In this document: piece after piece, positions 1 through 14,079 of the stretch
How positions within the stretch are numbered: the first letter of the stretch is position 1
Layout of the letters: each line of letters begins with the position of its first letter
Assembly: GCA_964016885.1 (NCBI GenBank)
Contig: OZ024763.1
Span: 7,564,001-7,628,000 of the forward strand
Source of the DNA: Eledone cirrhosa
Lineage: Eukaryota
DNA length: 64,000 nucleotides
Reading direction: 5' to 3'
The notes under the pieces: model-generated
Told to the model about the DNA's origin: nothing
What the model saw: only the letters and a program-made list of their open reading frames with translations
Database searches by the model: none
Position numbers and translations under genes: made by a program

Positions 1-690
1 TAGTGTAAGTGTGTGTGTAGTTACCGTATAGTGTAAGTGTGTGTATGTGTAGTTGCCGTATAGTGTGTGTGTGCACATACTGTATAGTGTGTAAGTGTGT
101 GTGTTTGTATGTATGCAACTACCGTATAGAGTGTCTGTAATAGTGTATATGTATATATTTATGTGTGTATATATATATATATATACACACATCCATTATA
201 CATTAGTATAGGTGTGTATATATGTGTACATATACATTAGTATATGTATGTATATGTATATATGTGTACATATCCATTATGCATTAGTATATGTATGTAT
301 ATGTATATATGTGTACAGTGTGTATATATGTGTACAGAGTGTGTATATGTATATGTGTACATATCCATTATACATTAGTATATATATGTATATACGTGCA
401 TAGTTGTCGTATTGCGTAACAGTGTGTATATGTTTCTATAGTATATGTGTGTATATGTATATTTATATAAGCTGTCGCTATCGTCTAACACCGTACTAGG
501 TGCGCGTGTATATACATATATACACACACATACGTACATATGTATGTATATATCTATTTCTTTGTGTTTATATATGTATGACTTTATATATGTGTGACTT
601 CTTGATTGAACCACATAGAATATGGCGATAGAAATAAGTGGTTCTGTAGTAGAAATATAGTCTGAACGAGAGACAGAAAAAGGGAGAAAT

Positions 691-737
<47 letters not shown>

Positions 738-1309
738 TATATATATATTATATTTATATATACATACATACAGTGAGTGAAGTTTATTGTCACCGGGAGA
801 AAGCTGTTGTGATATTATACAAAGGCAAGTAAATAGCTTTTATTTTATATTCATTATACATATATATACACTTATACACACGTACATTAATGTATATAAA
901 TATATGTATAGATAGATATATATGTATGTATATATATTTATATAGCTTCCTTCCTTCTATGTCACACGACAAAGAAACAGATAGATAGATTAGATATGTT
1001 TCTAGCCATAGAGATGGATAGATAGATATGTTTCTAGCCAGAGAAACAGATGTGTTTCTTTATTAGCCACAGGGGCACAAAAGAAGGGGACAAATAAAAA
1101 GGGGGGAAGTTTACATACAATAAAAACGTGTAAAATATTATCACAAATACAATTTAAAAGTTAATCGATTTTCCCCAATAGTGGGAGACATTTCATGTGG
1201 GTAACACATACCCCCGAAAATAAATGTGCAACCCTCATCTCCAGGAGTACGAAGAGTTTGTACACCTTTCCTCTCTTCCTCTTTTTCCTCAACCTACAGG
1301 CTGATATAG

Positions 1310-1672
1310 ATAGATAGAGAGATATGTTTCTAGGCAGAGAGACAGACAGATAGATATGTTTCTAGGGAGAGGGACAGACAGATAGAGAGATATGTGTCTA
1401 GGGAGAGAGACAGTCAGATAGAGAGATATGTTTCTAGGGAGAGGGACAGACAGATAGAGAGATATGTTTCTAGGGAGAGAGATGGATAGATAGATAGATA
1501 TGTTTCTAGGGAGAGGGACAGACAGATAGAGAGATATGTTTCTAGGCAGAGAGACAGACAGATAGAGAGATATGTTTCTAGGCAGAGAGACAGACAGATA
1601 GATAGATATGTTTCTAGGCAGAGAGATGGACAGATAGATAGATATGTTTCTAGGCAGAGAGATGGATAGATG
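1310..1672. repeat. ~36-bp GA-rich minisatellite (gatagatatgtttctaggcagagagacagaca-like)
   Basis: Tandem units containing gatatgtttctag are visible directly. They explain the repetitive CLETYLSICLSL ORF. Confidence 0.85.
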
Positions 1673-1837
1673 TAAAGAAAGTGAGGAAGAGAGAGAGAGA
1701 GAAAGAATGAGGGAGGTGATAATGGTGTGTTGTAACGTTTGGTAGTTCTGGAACGAAAGCTTGAAACATTTAACGTAAACACTTCTCTACCTTGAACACA
1801 TAGAAAAACAGTGCGACACATACATACATATGTGTGC

Positions 1838-1892
<55 letters not shown>

Positions 1893-1919
1893 AGTGTATA
1901 TAGCGAGAAATAAAGACAG

Positions 1920-1968
<49 letters not shown>

Positions 1969-2027
1969 TACATGTATAGGGAGGGATAGAGACAGCTATC
2001 TACCTCTCTCTCGCTCTGTCTGTCTAT

Positions 2028-2090
<63 letters not shown>

Positions 2091-2094
<4 letters not shown>

Positions 2095-2188
2095 AAAAGG
2101 TATGACCCCGACGGCAGAGCTCAAGCCGTTTCGACGGCTATTTCTGGTCCGTTATGGTCCATTTGGTTCCTTTCCATATTTCCTTCGT

Positions 2189-2190
<2 letters not shown>
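2091..2190. mobile_element. Short inverted PLE-like element, family A, in (TA)n
   Basis: A short inverted piece (taggaaaagg...gaccccgacggcagagctc) is joined to a tail (gttatggtcca...cttcgtta). It is homologous to 16601-16800, 42511-42618 and 61510-61620, and is flanked by TA repeats. Confidence 0.6.
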
Positions 2191-2224
<34 letters not shown>

Positions 2225-2340
2225 TATATACTTAACAAAGGAAGACAAGTCAACGGGCGGAAACAAAACAAAACAAAACGAAACACAATTTTTTTAAGAG
2301 GAAACATTAAAAAATTATGTTTTTAAAATAAATATATAAA

Positions 2341-2400
<60 letters not shown>

Positions 2401-2549
2401 AGAGAGAATAACATACAGGTATAGATATAGGAAGAAGCCCGTGGTATTGTGGAAGCAAGGTGACAAGCCTAAGAAACATAATTATATATTATTACAACGC
2501 ACCTTACCAGCACTACACAACAACGACACTGTAACGTACGGTATCATTA

Positions 2550-3290
2550 TAGCACATCACAACACAACATAGTCCACTTCACCACAACACAACATAGTAC
2601 ATCACAACACAACATAGTCCACTTCACCACAACACAACATAGTACATCACAACACAACATACTACACTTCACCACAACACACTATAGTACATCACAACAC
2701 AACATACTACACTTCACCACAACACACTATAGTACATCACAACACAACATACTACACTTCACCACAACACACTATAGTACATCACAACACAACATACTAC
2801 ACTTCACCACAACACAACATAGTACATCACAACACAACATAGTCCACTTCACCACAACACAACATAGTACATCACAACACAACATAGTCCACTTCACCAC
2901 AACACAACATAGTACATCACAACACAACATAGTCCACTTCACCACAACACAACATAGTACATCACAACACAACATACTACACTTCACCACAACACACTAT
3001 AGTACATCACAACACAACATACTACACTTCACCACAACACACTATAGTACATCACAACACAACATACTACACTTCACCACAACACACTATAGTACATCAC
3101 AACACAACATACTACACTTCACCACAACACAACATAGTACATCACAACACAACATACTACACTTCACCACAACACACTATAGTACATCACAACACACTAT
3201 AGTACACCACAACATACCACACTTCACCACAACACACCACACTACAACACACTACACTACACCACAACACACTACAGTACACCACAATGT
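2550..3290. repeat. 45-bp AC-rich minisatellite
   Basis: Tandem unit cacaacacaacatagtacatcacaacacaacatagtccacttcac, giving a 15-aa periodicity in ORF 2772-2990. Confidence 0.9.
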
Positions 3291-3454
3291 CCCATGTGAC
3301 TCACAAAACAGTATCGTAACCATTGTGATATCACAACCACAGAAACAACACAACACACACACTACAACACATCAACACAATACATACACACTAAACCACA
3401 ACACACACAGCATCACAACCAGATCACAAAACACTATCTTGCACACTACTACAC

Positions 3455-4380
3455 TCACTATTACACAGTATACACTACCACACACTATAACCAGTGTAAC
3501 ATTACACAGTACACACTACCACACACTATAACCTGTGTAACATTACACACTACCACACACTATAACCAGTGTAACATTACACAGTACACACTACCACACA
3601 CTATAACCTGTGTAACATTACACACTACCACACACTATAACCTGTGCAACATTACACAGTACACACTACCACAAGTGAAACATTACACAGTACACACTAT
3701 AACCTGTATAACATTACACATTACACACTACCACACACTATAACCTGTGTAACAGTACACACTACCACACACTATAACCAGTGTAACATTACACAGTACA
3801 CACTACCACACACTATAACATTACACATTACACACCATAACCTGTATAACATTACACAGTACACACTACCACATCTATAACCTGTGTAACTACACACTAC
3901 CACACACTATAACCTAGTACACACTACCACACACCATAACCTGTGTAACATTACACAGTACACACTACCACACACTATAACCTGTGAAACATTACACAGT
4001 ACACACTATAACCTGTGTAACATTACACAGTACACACTACCACACACTATAACCTGTGTAACATTACACAGTACACACTACCACACACTATAACCTGTGT
4101 AACATTACACAGTACACACTACCACACACTATAACCTGTGTAACATTACACAGTACACACTACCACACACCATAACCTGTGTAACATTACACAGTACACA
4201 CTACCACACACTATAACCTGTGTAACATTACACACTACCACACACTATAACCTGTGTAACATTACTCAGTACACACTACCACACACTATAACCTGTGTAA
4301 CATTACTCAGTACACACTACCACACACTATAACCTGTGTAACATTACACAGTACACACTACCACACACTATAACCTGTGT
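3455..4380. repeat. ~41-bp minisatellite
   Basis: Tandem unit ctataacctgtgtaacattacacagtacacactaccacaca, with variant and deleted units. Confidence 0.9.
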
Positions 4381-4489
4381 CACACAACACAACACAACAC
4401 ACCTATGTATATATACACACACTATATGTGTTTGTGTTTATCTATTTGTGTTTATCAACATTATATTTTTAATGTTATATGTGTGTGTG

Positions 4490-4562
<73 letters not shown>

Positions 4563-4659
4563 TATTTAATAAAACTTCAATTCTATCTATATACACACAC
4601 ATTATATATATATATATATATTATATTATGTGTGTATATGTAAGCACGTGTTAATTAGT

Positions 4660-6065
4660 ATATGCCTTACTCACTCTTTGAACTCTTCGACTCTATCATT
4701 GAGTTTCTGCGAGGATGCAACAAAGAACTGTACAAAAAACCCCTCGATGTGAGGCAAAACTGCGCCTACCTCACCAACATCATCAACAAATGCAATAGCG
4801 TCATTTTGGCTTTGCAGAGGAAGAAGATCACCTTGCTTAAAGCAAGGAATGCTGTGAAAACATTCCTGGCCAAATTGAAAATCATCGAAAGGAATCTTTG
4901 TTGACGGGAATTCTATAATTTTCCTAGTGTCGCCAATGTTCAAAACATTGTAAGCGATGACCAACCCCAAATTTATACCGCTCACCTCCGTGCGCTACAA
5001 GACAACATGAGAGAACGGTTTGTCGACCTTTTGCCGATGGACATCCCAATGTGGATAGCAGATCCCTTCATAGCTAACGTTAAATTTGGACATTAAATTT
5101 CAGGAAGAAATCATTGAACTTCAAGCAGATGACATGATCAAAATTAGATTTCCCAAAATAGGTGAACCCCTTTTTGGGATGCAAGAGGAAATTCAGCGTC
5201 GATTTCCACACCTACATGCAGAGGCTAAGAGATTTGCTCTGCCTTTTCCAAGCTCATACTTAGTCGAGAGGAGGTTTGGTGCTGTTTCCAGACTGCTCAG
5301 TAAGGCTCGCAACCGCTACAATGTAATTACACGTGGAGATCTCCGGCTACATCTTAGGAAAATTCAGCCTCACGTCAAAGAGTTAGCTAGACTCCACGAA
5401 GCTCAAGGGTCCCATTGAAATGAGGTCAAAGTTAAAGTAAGTTGATTTATCCGAAAACTTAGATATGCTATTGCTACAAAGCAAACTAACAATTTTTTTA
5501 TTTGTAGTTGCAGTCTGACTGGACTGGAAACCATCTACTACAATTCACTTACTCATTTGTTGTATATATTTTACCATTTACTAATAAATATACCCTCCCG
5601 CGTGGTCATGAAAACCCTCTTCCGTGGTCTCTAAGCTCACAAAGCAGGGGGACATCAAGTTTGATATCAACATTTATTCTGTCCGTTTCATTAAAGGGAA
5701 AATTGGAAAGCTTTGAAATGATATAATTGCCACTTTCTTCCAGATAAGAACACTCTTTGGATAGACAGAGTTGCTGTTGTATAAATGTTCAAAATAGCTG
5801 GTATCGCCTGGTGGGAATATAACAAATTCAACTGGTCCTTATTCATAAAAAAGAACATTTATGTTCCTTTTTTTGAAATTTATATATTTCCTTTCAAGGA
5901 ATGTATTTATACTCTCAGCTGCCTGCAATGGTATCTTTGGAATATTGTTAATCAATTTTTTAGTAATCTACTGATATCAAAATCAGTAGTATATTGAAAA
6001 ATGGAAAAATAGGATAGGGGGGCGTTTCGTGATTTCGTTTGGCCTAAATGGGTTGAGAACCTGTG
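4660..6065 (+). mobile_element. hAT (Charlie/Buster-type) DNA transposon remnant: disrupted transposase C-terminus plus right terminus
   Basis: ORF fragments 4662-4904 and 5086-5418 contain 'AYLTNI', 'LPFPSSYLVER', 'RGDLRL' and the C-terminal 'HEAQGSH' typical of Buster/ZBED5/SCAND3-like transposases. Stops and frameshifts separate them. The terminus-like ggttgagaacctgtg (6051-6065) is followed by the 8-mer ccctagag (nnnTAnnn target pattern). Confidence 0.85.
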
Positions 6066-6119
6066 CCCTAGAGTAATGTTTGAATGGAACTGGAATTACT
6101 GGGACTGTCTTTGACACTG

Positions 6120-6720
6120 TCTGTGTGTGTATAGGGGGGGGGGGACTCTGTGTGTCTTAGCGACTGTGTGTGTGTCTTAGAGACTGTGTGTGTGTGTGTC
6201 TTAGAGACTGTGTGTGTGTGTGTCTTAGAGACTGTGTGTGTGTCTTAGAGACTGTGTAAGGCTGTACGACTCTGTGAGGCTGTGTGTATGAGTGGGACAC
6301 AGTGTGTGTGTCTCGGAGACTGTGTGTGTGTGTGTCTTAGAGACTGTGTGTGTGTGTGTCTTAGAGACTGTGTGTAAGGCTGTACGACTCTGTGAGGCTG
6401 TGTGTATGTGTGGGACACAGTGTGTGTGTCTTGGAGACTGTGTGTGGCTATGTACGTGAGACTGTGTGCGTGTGTGTGTCTGTAGGACTCTGTGAGGCTG
6501 TGTGTGTAAGAGAGAGAGACAGGCTGTGTGTGTGTGTGTGGCTATTTATGTGAGACTGTGTGTGTCTGTAGGACTGTATGTGTCTTTGAGACTGTGTGTG
6601 TGTGTGATTGTGTCTGTATGTGAGTGTGTGTGTGTGTGTTTATCTATAAATCTGATACCATTTTCTGTGTATGTGTGTGTGGCTATTTATGTGAGACTGT
6701 GTGTGTGTGTGTGCAAGGAA
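6120..6720. repeat. GT-rich composite minisatellite
   Basis: Repeated gtcttagagactgtgtgtg and gactctgtgaggctgtg units. Confidence 0.8.
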
Positions 6721-7019
6721 GAGTTCGTGTTTGCATGACTGATAGAACACGTCTTTGTGTGTGTGTATATATATATAATGTGTGTGTGTGTGTATATATG
6801 TATATATATATATATATAATGTGTGTGTGTTTGTGTGTATATGTATAAGTATGTATGTATACTTCAAAGCTTATCTTTATATTTACATATCGCATTTCGC
6901 TGCAGTATCTTAGCAACCGAGAGAGAGAGAGAGAGAAGGTGTATGTAGCCCACCCTCTAAACCCCTGCCCTGGGGTTCGATTCTTACATGTATTGGATGG
7001 TCAACATCGCACGTTTTCG

Positions 7020-7415
7020 ACCCCCCCCCCCACTCTCACTTCCACCCTCTCTCACTCCTACCCCATCTCTCTCACTCCCACCCTCTCTCACTCCTACCCC
7101 ATCTCTCTCTCACTCTCATCCTCTCTCACACCCACCCTCTCTCTCTCACTCTCACTTCCACCCTCTCTCTCTCTCACTCTCACTCCCACCCTCTCACTCC
7201 TACCCCATCTCTCTCTCACTCTCACCCTCTCTCACAGCCACCCTCTCTCTCTCACTCTCACTCCCTCCTACCCCATCTCTCTCTCACTCTCACTCCCACC
7301 CTCTCACTCCCACCCTCTCTCTCTCACTCTCACTCCCACCCTCTCTCTCTCACTCTCACTCCCACCCTCTCTCTCCCACCCTCTCTCTCTCACACCCACC
7401 CTCTCTCTCTTTCTC
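7020..7415. repeat. CT-rich low-complexity repeat
   Basis: Repeated ctctcactcccaccctct units. Confidence 0.85.
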
Positions 7416-7546
7416 AATCAGGTTTAATTAACCGTTCACATTAACTGCCAATCGATTTTATTGACATATCAGCTGATTGATTTGTCATAACCCTCTACCT
7501 CCCACTCATTGCTCTCCCTCATCACTGTTCTCCCTCCTATATAATA

Positions 7547-9117
7547 TGTCCTGTCTGTCTGTCTGTCTGTGTGCCTGTCTGTCTGTCAGTCTACCTGTCT
7601 GTCTACCTGTCTACCTGTCTGTCTGTCTACCTGTCTGTCTGTCAGTCTACCTGTCTGTCTGTCAGTCTACCTGTCTACCTGTCTGTCAGTCTACCTGTCT
7701 ACCTGTCTACCTGTCTACCTGTCTGTCAGTCTGTCAGTCTACCTGTCTACCTGTCTACCTGTCTACCTGTCTGTCAGTCTGTCAGTCTACCTGTCTACCT
7801 GTCTACCTGTCTGTCTGTCAGTCTACCTGTCTACCTGTCTACCTGTCTGTCAGTCTACCTGTCTACCTGTCTACCTGTCTGTCAGTCTACCTGTCTACCT
7901 GTCTACCTGTCTGTCAGTCTACCTGTCTACCTGTCTACCTGTCTGTCTGTCAGTCTACCTGTCTACCTGTCTACCTGTCTGTCTGTCAGTCTACCTGTCT
8001 ACCTGTCTACCTGTCTGTCAGTCTACCTGTCTACCTGTCTACCTGTCTACCTGTCTGTCAGTCTGTCAGTCTACCTGTCTACCTGTCTACCTGTCTGTCT
8101 GTCAGTCTACCTGTCTACCTGTCTACCTGTCTGTCAGTCTACCTGTCTACCTGTCTACCTGTCTGTCAGTCTACCTGTCTACCTGTCTACCTGTCTGTCT
8201 GTCAGTCTACCTGTCTACCTGTCTACCTGTCTGTCAGTCTACCTGTCTACCTGTCTACCTGTCTGTCTGTCAGTCTACCTGTCTACCTGTCTACCTGTCT
8301 GTCTGTCAGTCTACCTGTCTACCTGTCTACCTGTCTGTCAGTCTACCTGTCTACCTGTCTACCTGTCTACCTGTCTGTCAGTCTGTCAGTCTACCTGTCT
8401 ACCTGTCTACCTGTCTGTCTGTCAGTCTACCTGTCTACCTGTCTACCTGTCTGTCAGTCTACCTGTCTACCTGTCTACCTGTCTGTCAGTCTACCTGTCT
8501 ACCTGTCTACCTGTCTGTCTGTCAGTCTACCTGTCTACCTGTCTACCTGTCTGTCAGTCTACCTGTCTACCTGTCTACCTGTCTGTCTGTCAGTCTACCT
8601 GTCTACCTGTCTACCTGTCTGTCTGTCAGTCTACCTGTCTACCTGTCTACCTGTCTGTCAGTCTACCTGTCTACCTGTCTACCTGTCTGTCTGTCAGTCT
8701 ACCTGTCTACCTGTCTACCTGTCTGTCTGTCAGTCTACCTGTCTACCTGTCTACCTGTCTGTCAGTCTACCTGTCTACCTGTCTACCTGTCTACCTGTCT
8801 GTCTGTCTACCTGTCTGTCTGTCAGTCTACCTGTCTACCTGTCTACCTGTCTGTCTGTCAGTCTACCTGTCTACCTGTCTACCTGTCTACCTGTCTGTCT
8901 GTCAGTCTACCTGTCTACCTGTCTACCTGTCTGTCTGTCAGTCTACCTGTCTACCTGTCTACCTGTCTGTCAGTCTACCTGTCTACCTGTCTACCTGTCT
9001 ACCTGTCTGTCTGTCTACCTGTCTGTCTGTCAGTCTACCTGTCTACCTGTCTACCTGTCTGTCTGTCTACCTGTCTGTCTGTCAGTCTACCTGTCTACCT
9101 GTCTACCTGTCTACCTA
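7547..9117. repeat. Composite (CTGT)/(CTAC)/(CAGT) tetranucleotide satellite
   Basis: About 1.5 kb of ctacctgt/ctgtcagt units. It is open in all three + frames, so those ORFs are artefacts. Confidence 0.95.
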
Positions 9118-9119
9118 CC

Positions 9120-9507
9120 ATGACAATCCCTCCTTCTGAAGCCCTCCCTCCTGGCTCAGAAGCACCATGGTTCCTGAGAACAGGAATGGGGCGATCAAAA
9201 GCTGCTATGGCCAGATGGGGTTACAAGACCGGGGCCCACCCATCTGTGAATGTGGAGAGGAGGACCACACGATGCAGCACTGCCTTGTTTGCCCTCTACT
9301 ACCCTGTTTGCCCTCTACTACCCTGTTTGCCCTCTACTACCCTGTTTGCCCTCTACTACCCTGTTTGCCCTCTACTACCCTGTTTGCCCTCTACTACCCT
9401 GTTTGCCCTCTACTACCCTGTTTGCCCTCTACTACCCTGTTTGCCCTCTACTACCCTGTTTGCCCTCTACTACCCAACCAGTGCAGCTTAAAAGATCTCG
9501 CAGAATT
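9120..9507 (+). mobile_element. Non-LTR retrotransposon C-terminal fragment (Cys/His knuckle) with an internal 19-bp tandem expansion
   Basis: Frameshifted peptides 'LPPGSEAPW..LRTGMGRSKAAMARWGY' and 'CECGEEDHTMQHCLVCPLL' resemble LINE ORF2 C-termini. The unit accctgtttgccctctact is repeated about 10 times (9283-9473). Confidence 0.65.
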
Positions 9508-9773
9508 TAATAATAATTATTTCTACTTTTGGCACAAGGCCAGCAATTACCCCAGTGTATTACTGGTACTCTATTTTATCGACCCTGTAAGGATGAAAGG
9601 CAAAGTTAACCTTGGCGGGATTTGAACTCGGAACATAAAGGGCCGTAACTCTTTGCTGCAAACCATGGCTTCCGGCCCTCTAACGATACTGCCAATCCAA
9701 TAATAATTGTTTCTACTTTTGGCACAAGGCCAGCAATTATCCCAGTGTATTACTGGTACTTTATTTTATCGAC
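9508..9773 (-). mobile_element. tRNA-derived SINE (Meta/Sauria-like central domain), one near-full copy and one partial copy
   Basis: On the minus strand: A-box-like TTGGCAGTATCG, B-box GAGTTCAAATCC, the domain GCCTTTCATCCTTACxGGGTCGATAAAATAxAGTACCAG and an (ATT)n tail. Confidence 0.8.
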
Positions 9774-10099
9774 ACGCAAAGGGCTGTGTAAAGAAATGGG
9801 AAACTGTCATATAACCACATGCTTCGAAGATACGAAAAGAAGAAGAAGTCTACCTGTCTGTCTACCTTTGCATGTATAAAGCCTAGCCTAGGACCCAAGA
9901 CTAAGTCTTTTAAAGGGTTTTATGCACTTCTCTTTTATTTTAACATTCGGGTTATGGTTATGTTTTCTTAACTTCATAAGGCATACTGTTGGTTGAGGCA
10001 ATATTAATCAAAAGTACCACATGAAACTCTACACTGTAGACTCTACAGTGTTTAAGCCAAGAAAGGAACTTAACATTGTAACTTTAACACAGCTACTGA

Positions 10100-10133
10100 G
10101 CAGCCCCGAACAACGCCGGGCTTTACTGCTAGT
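10100..10133 (+). mobile_element. Possible Helitron-type 3' terminus
   Basis: A GC-rich imperfect hairpin (gccccgaacaacgccgggc) lies about 7 nt before CTAG-T. No Rep/helicase sequence is seen. Confidence 0.35.
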
Positions 10134-10959
10134 TCTGGCCTGGGACCCAAGACCAGGGCAGATTAAGTGTTTTTAAGGGCCTCATGCACTTGAAACATTA
10201 ATTTGTGTCAGTTATTTTTATATTTTTATGTACCAAATTACCTTTTACATGACAAAAGAAATATGTTGTTCCAGATTTTCAACAATTAACAATGAATATA
10301 AAAGACAGGTTGGTCACATCTGGAATACCTTTGATCAATATGTTTTGTTTAATCAGTGACAGCTTGTGTGAAGAGGAGAAAAACAAAGTTGGATTAACCA
10401 ATAAGCAAAATATCGTATATTTAGGGCACCAAGGAAATAGGAGACATTTTAGTCAATGGTTATTTCTAACAAGATCGGTGACCTTGCATAGGATCTTGTG
10501 ACATACTTGCTGTACATGACAATAGTGGTGATGATGATGATAGTAGTGTTAATTTATAGTAGAATGAGGTGGCGGGGGTTATGGCTGGAGTTGGTAAGAG
10601 GAGGTGGTGGAGGAGATGGTGGTGGTGGTAAATACTTTGGTAATTTCATCAACAATGGGCTGACTTTGTTTACCAAATGTGACTAACTCTATAGAACTTT
10701 TTAAAAAGAATTATTGACAGTTCTTCGCCCACTTATTCCCGAGAAGGTTGTGTGATAAAATTTCCTCAAACACTCCTTCCAGCAGGTCTTCTCAGAAGCA
10801 ACTTTCTTCAACAGTTAAATAAATGTTTATTGGATTATATGTATGTTTGTACCAGTTACTATCTAAATATGTACAGTGGCTCTCACATCTCTGGCCGGAC
10901 TTGGTAGATACCCACATCTTGCTCAGATCATTGACCTCCTTGAAACTATTCAGAGATGT

Positions 10960-12212
10960 GCAGCCAAGTGAATACCCTCCATCAGGAATCTACCATACTC
11001 TGAACGCCTTGCTTACCTATGCATGGATACATTGAAGCTCCGATGTCTGGCAACTGACTTGATAGATACCCACAAAATTATTAACCATCTTGCCAACAAT
11101 GACCCAGAGCACCTTTTTGATTTCCATGTTTCTAACACCTGTGGACATGCCTACAAAGTCAGAAAACAGCACAGCTCCCATGACTTTCAGAAACATTTTT
11201 TCACGCTCAGAGTTGCTGAAGCATGGAACAAACTACCTGCATCAGTTGTTAGCTGTCGAGACACTGCATCCTTTAAAACCTCCATGGAACAAACTACCTG
11301 CATCAGTTGTTAGCTGTTGAGACACTGCATCCTTTAAAACCTCCATGAAACAAACTACCTGCATCAGTTGTTAGCTGTCGAGAGACTACATCCTTTAAAA
11401 CCTCCATGAAACAAACTACCTGCATCAGTTGTTAGCTGTCGAGACACTTCATCCTTTAAAACCTCCATGGAACAAACTACCTGCCTCAGTTGTTAGCTGT
11501 TGAGACACTGCATCCTTTAAAACCTCCATGAAACAAACTACCTGCATCAGTTGTTAGCTGTCGAGAGACTACATCCTTTAAAACCTCCATGAAACAAACT
11601 ACCTGCATCAGTTGTTAGCTGTCGAGACACTTCATCCTTTAAAACCTCCATGGAACAAACTACCTGCATCAGTTGTTAGCTGTCGAGACACTGCATCCTT
11701 TAAAACCTCCATGAAACAAACTACCTGCATCAGTTGTTAGCTGTCGAGACACTACATCCTTTAAAACCTCCATGAAACAAACTACCTGCATCAGTTGTTA
11801 GCTGTCGAGACACTTCATCCTTTAAAACCTCCATGGAACAAACTACCTGCATCAGTTGTTAGCTGTTGAGACACTATCATCCTTTAAAACCTCCATGAAA
11901 CAAACTACCTGCATCAGTTGTTAGCTGTCGAGACACTGCATCCTTTAAAACCTCCATGAAACAAACTACCTGCATCAGTTGTTAGCTGTCGAGACACTGC
12001 ATCCTTTAAAACCTCCATACTTCCTGAAATTTGCCAACACTACACCTGATATTCCCCCTCCATACAGACATGTATCTGTGTATATATCATGACTCATACA
12101 CTGTTCATTTTCCTGACATTTGTACATTATTCTATGTACTATACATGCACATTTGATGAATTGTAGTGCACCTGAGCGCTGTACACAATAATTTTCATTA
12201 TTACTATTATAT
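10960..12212 (+). mobile_element. CR1-type LINE 3' fragment with an internal 61-bp tandem array and 3' UTR/(ATT) tail
   Basis: The peptide 'TCGHAYKVRK..HFFTLRVAEAWNKLPASVVSCRDTASFK' matches the CR1-clade ORF2 C-terminal pattern (TRGH..FF..RV..WN.LP..VV). The 3' UTR is shared with 44335-44640, 48372-48520 and 56078-56670. Confidence 0.85.
11222..12018 (+). repeat. 61-bp tandem array (~13 units) inside the CR1 fragment
   Basis: Unit ggaacaaactacctgcatcagttgttagctgtcgagacactgcatcctttaaaacctccat. Confidence 0.95.
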
Positions 12213-12235
12213 ACAATTATTATATACTTTAGGTT

Positions 12236-12356
12236 TTGAGTTCAAATCCCATCAAGGTTAACTTTACCTTTCATCCTTACGGGGTTGATAAAATAAAGTA
12301 CCAGTAATACACTGGGTAATTGCTGGCCTTGTGCCAAAAGTAGAAATAATTATTAT
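12236..12356 (+). mobile_element. SINE (Meta/Sauria-like domain), 5'-truncated
   Basis: gagttcaaatccc...tcatccttacggggttgataaaataaagtaccag...ggccttgtgccaaaagtagaaa followed by (att)n. Confidence 0.8.
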
Positions 12357-14079
12357 TTTATATAATATAGTAAAGACAGAAGTAGAAGAATTTAATTTAA
12401 ATGAGAACTACCATATTTCCCAGCATCAAAGACTCTTCTTTTTTCCTAAAATAAGTCTCAACAATCTACCATGAGTCCTGGAGGCCGAACGTTGTTTAGG
12501 ATTTTTTTTTCAAATTTTTGGTTGTCAAAATTAAGGTATTGTTGTTGTTGGTGTCTTTGTTACCACCACACTATCACCCTCCCCCACCACTATCACCCTG
12601 CCCCCAACCACCACCACCACCACACTATCACCCTCCCCCACCACTATCACCCTCCCCCCAACCACCACCACCACACCATCACCCTCCCCCACCGCTATCT
12701 TCCTCTCCCCACCACTATCACCACCACCACACCATCACCCTCCCCACCACTATCTTCCTCTCCCCACCACTATCACCCTCCCCCCAACCACCACCACCAC
12801 CACTATCACCCCCCACTAACGCCCCCCCCCCCAGCACGTTAGGACAGATCAGATTCCAGTATGACCCAGCATCAGATGCTGGATTCTGCATATGTTGTTG
12901 TTGTGTGCACTTTTTATCTGCATGCGACTGTGCACCTGTTTAAGTATGCACCAGTTAATGCTGCATTGCACCATTGCACCATTGCACCTCTACTGTCACC
13001 CGCTCCTTGTTGCCTGTCATCATGCAACAGTGCCATAGACAGAAGGATGCACATGCTTATGAATTAGATTGCACCATGTATGTTGCTATGGAGCACATGT
13101 TTCTACATGCTACACTGCACCAGAGTGGTTAGGAAAAAAAACAATTTAACAGAGCACCGCTTTGCATACTTCAGTATGGTTATTTGTCCCTTATCCCTGC
13201 AGTATGTTGCACATCTGTAGTGTATCCCTGCAGTATGTTGCAAATCTGTAATGCATATCTACATTGTTGCACATATGTAGTGCATCTCTTCAGTATGTTG
13301 CACACCCGTAGTGCACATCTACAGCACATTGCACACATGTAGTGCATTTCTGCACTGTCACACATCTCTAGTGCACCTCTGTAGTATGTTGCACATCTGT
13401 AGTGCATCTCCGTAGTGCATATTTTACAGTGTTGCACACATGTAATGCATCTATACAGTATGTTGCACATGTGTAGTGCACCTATGCCATGTGTTGCACA
13501 TATGTAGTGCATCTTTGTAGTATGTTGCACATCTGTAGTGCATCTCTGAAGTATGTTGCATATTTCTTGATGAGGACATGCAGTATAAGCATCTGTGTGT
13601 GTGGTATCAAATGTGCATCTCATCTAATTAGAGAGTGCACCTGTTTGCACACTTTGATACAATTGTTTATCTCTTATCCCTGCAGTATGTTGCACATCTG
13701 TAGTGCATCTCTGTGCATATATCTTGAAGACATACATGCACCTCTCTGTGTTTGGTATCAAATGTGATGCATGTCATGTCATCTTTTGCATTTGGTTGTA
13801 AACACTGGTGCAGATGTTTTTCTGTGTAGTTCTGTGCACTGAGTTCTGTAGGTAAAAGTGCATTCATTGCAGCCTTGCACTGCACTGCGCTGCACTCTGG
13901 CTGTGTTTGCACTCTTCAGTATGTCCTGGTACCTGCACACAACTGACTGTTTCTTTCTACATCATCTCTTCATGGCCCCAAACGTGCATTTCAGTTTTGC
14001 ACCACACTATATGTTGCCAGAGTGTGGTTTACTAACGCAACTGCGACCAGGCATGCTTGGAAAGTACAGGAGTGATATG

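Noticed and set aside
1055-1300. Possible L1/Tx1-type 3' end on the minus strand
   Set aside because: No recognisable peptide motif could be confirmed by eye.
7477-9491. 500-640-aa ORFs in three frames
   Set aside because: A stop-free tetranucleotide satellite.
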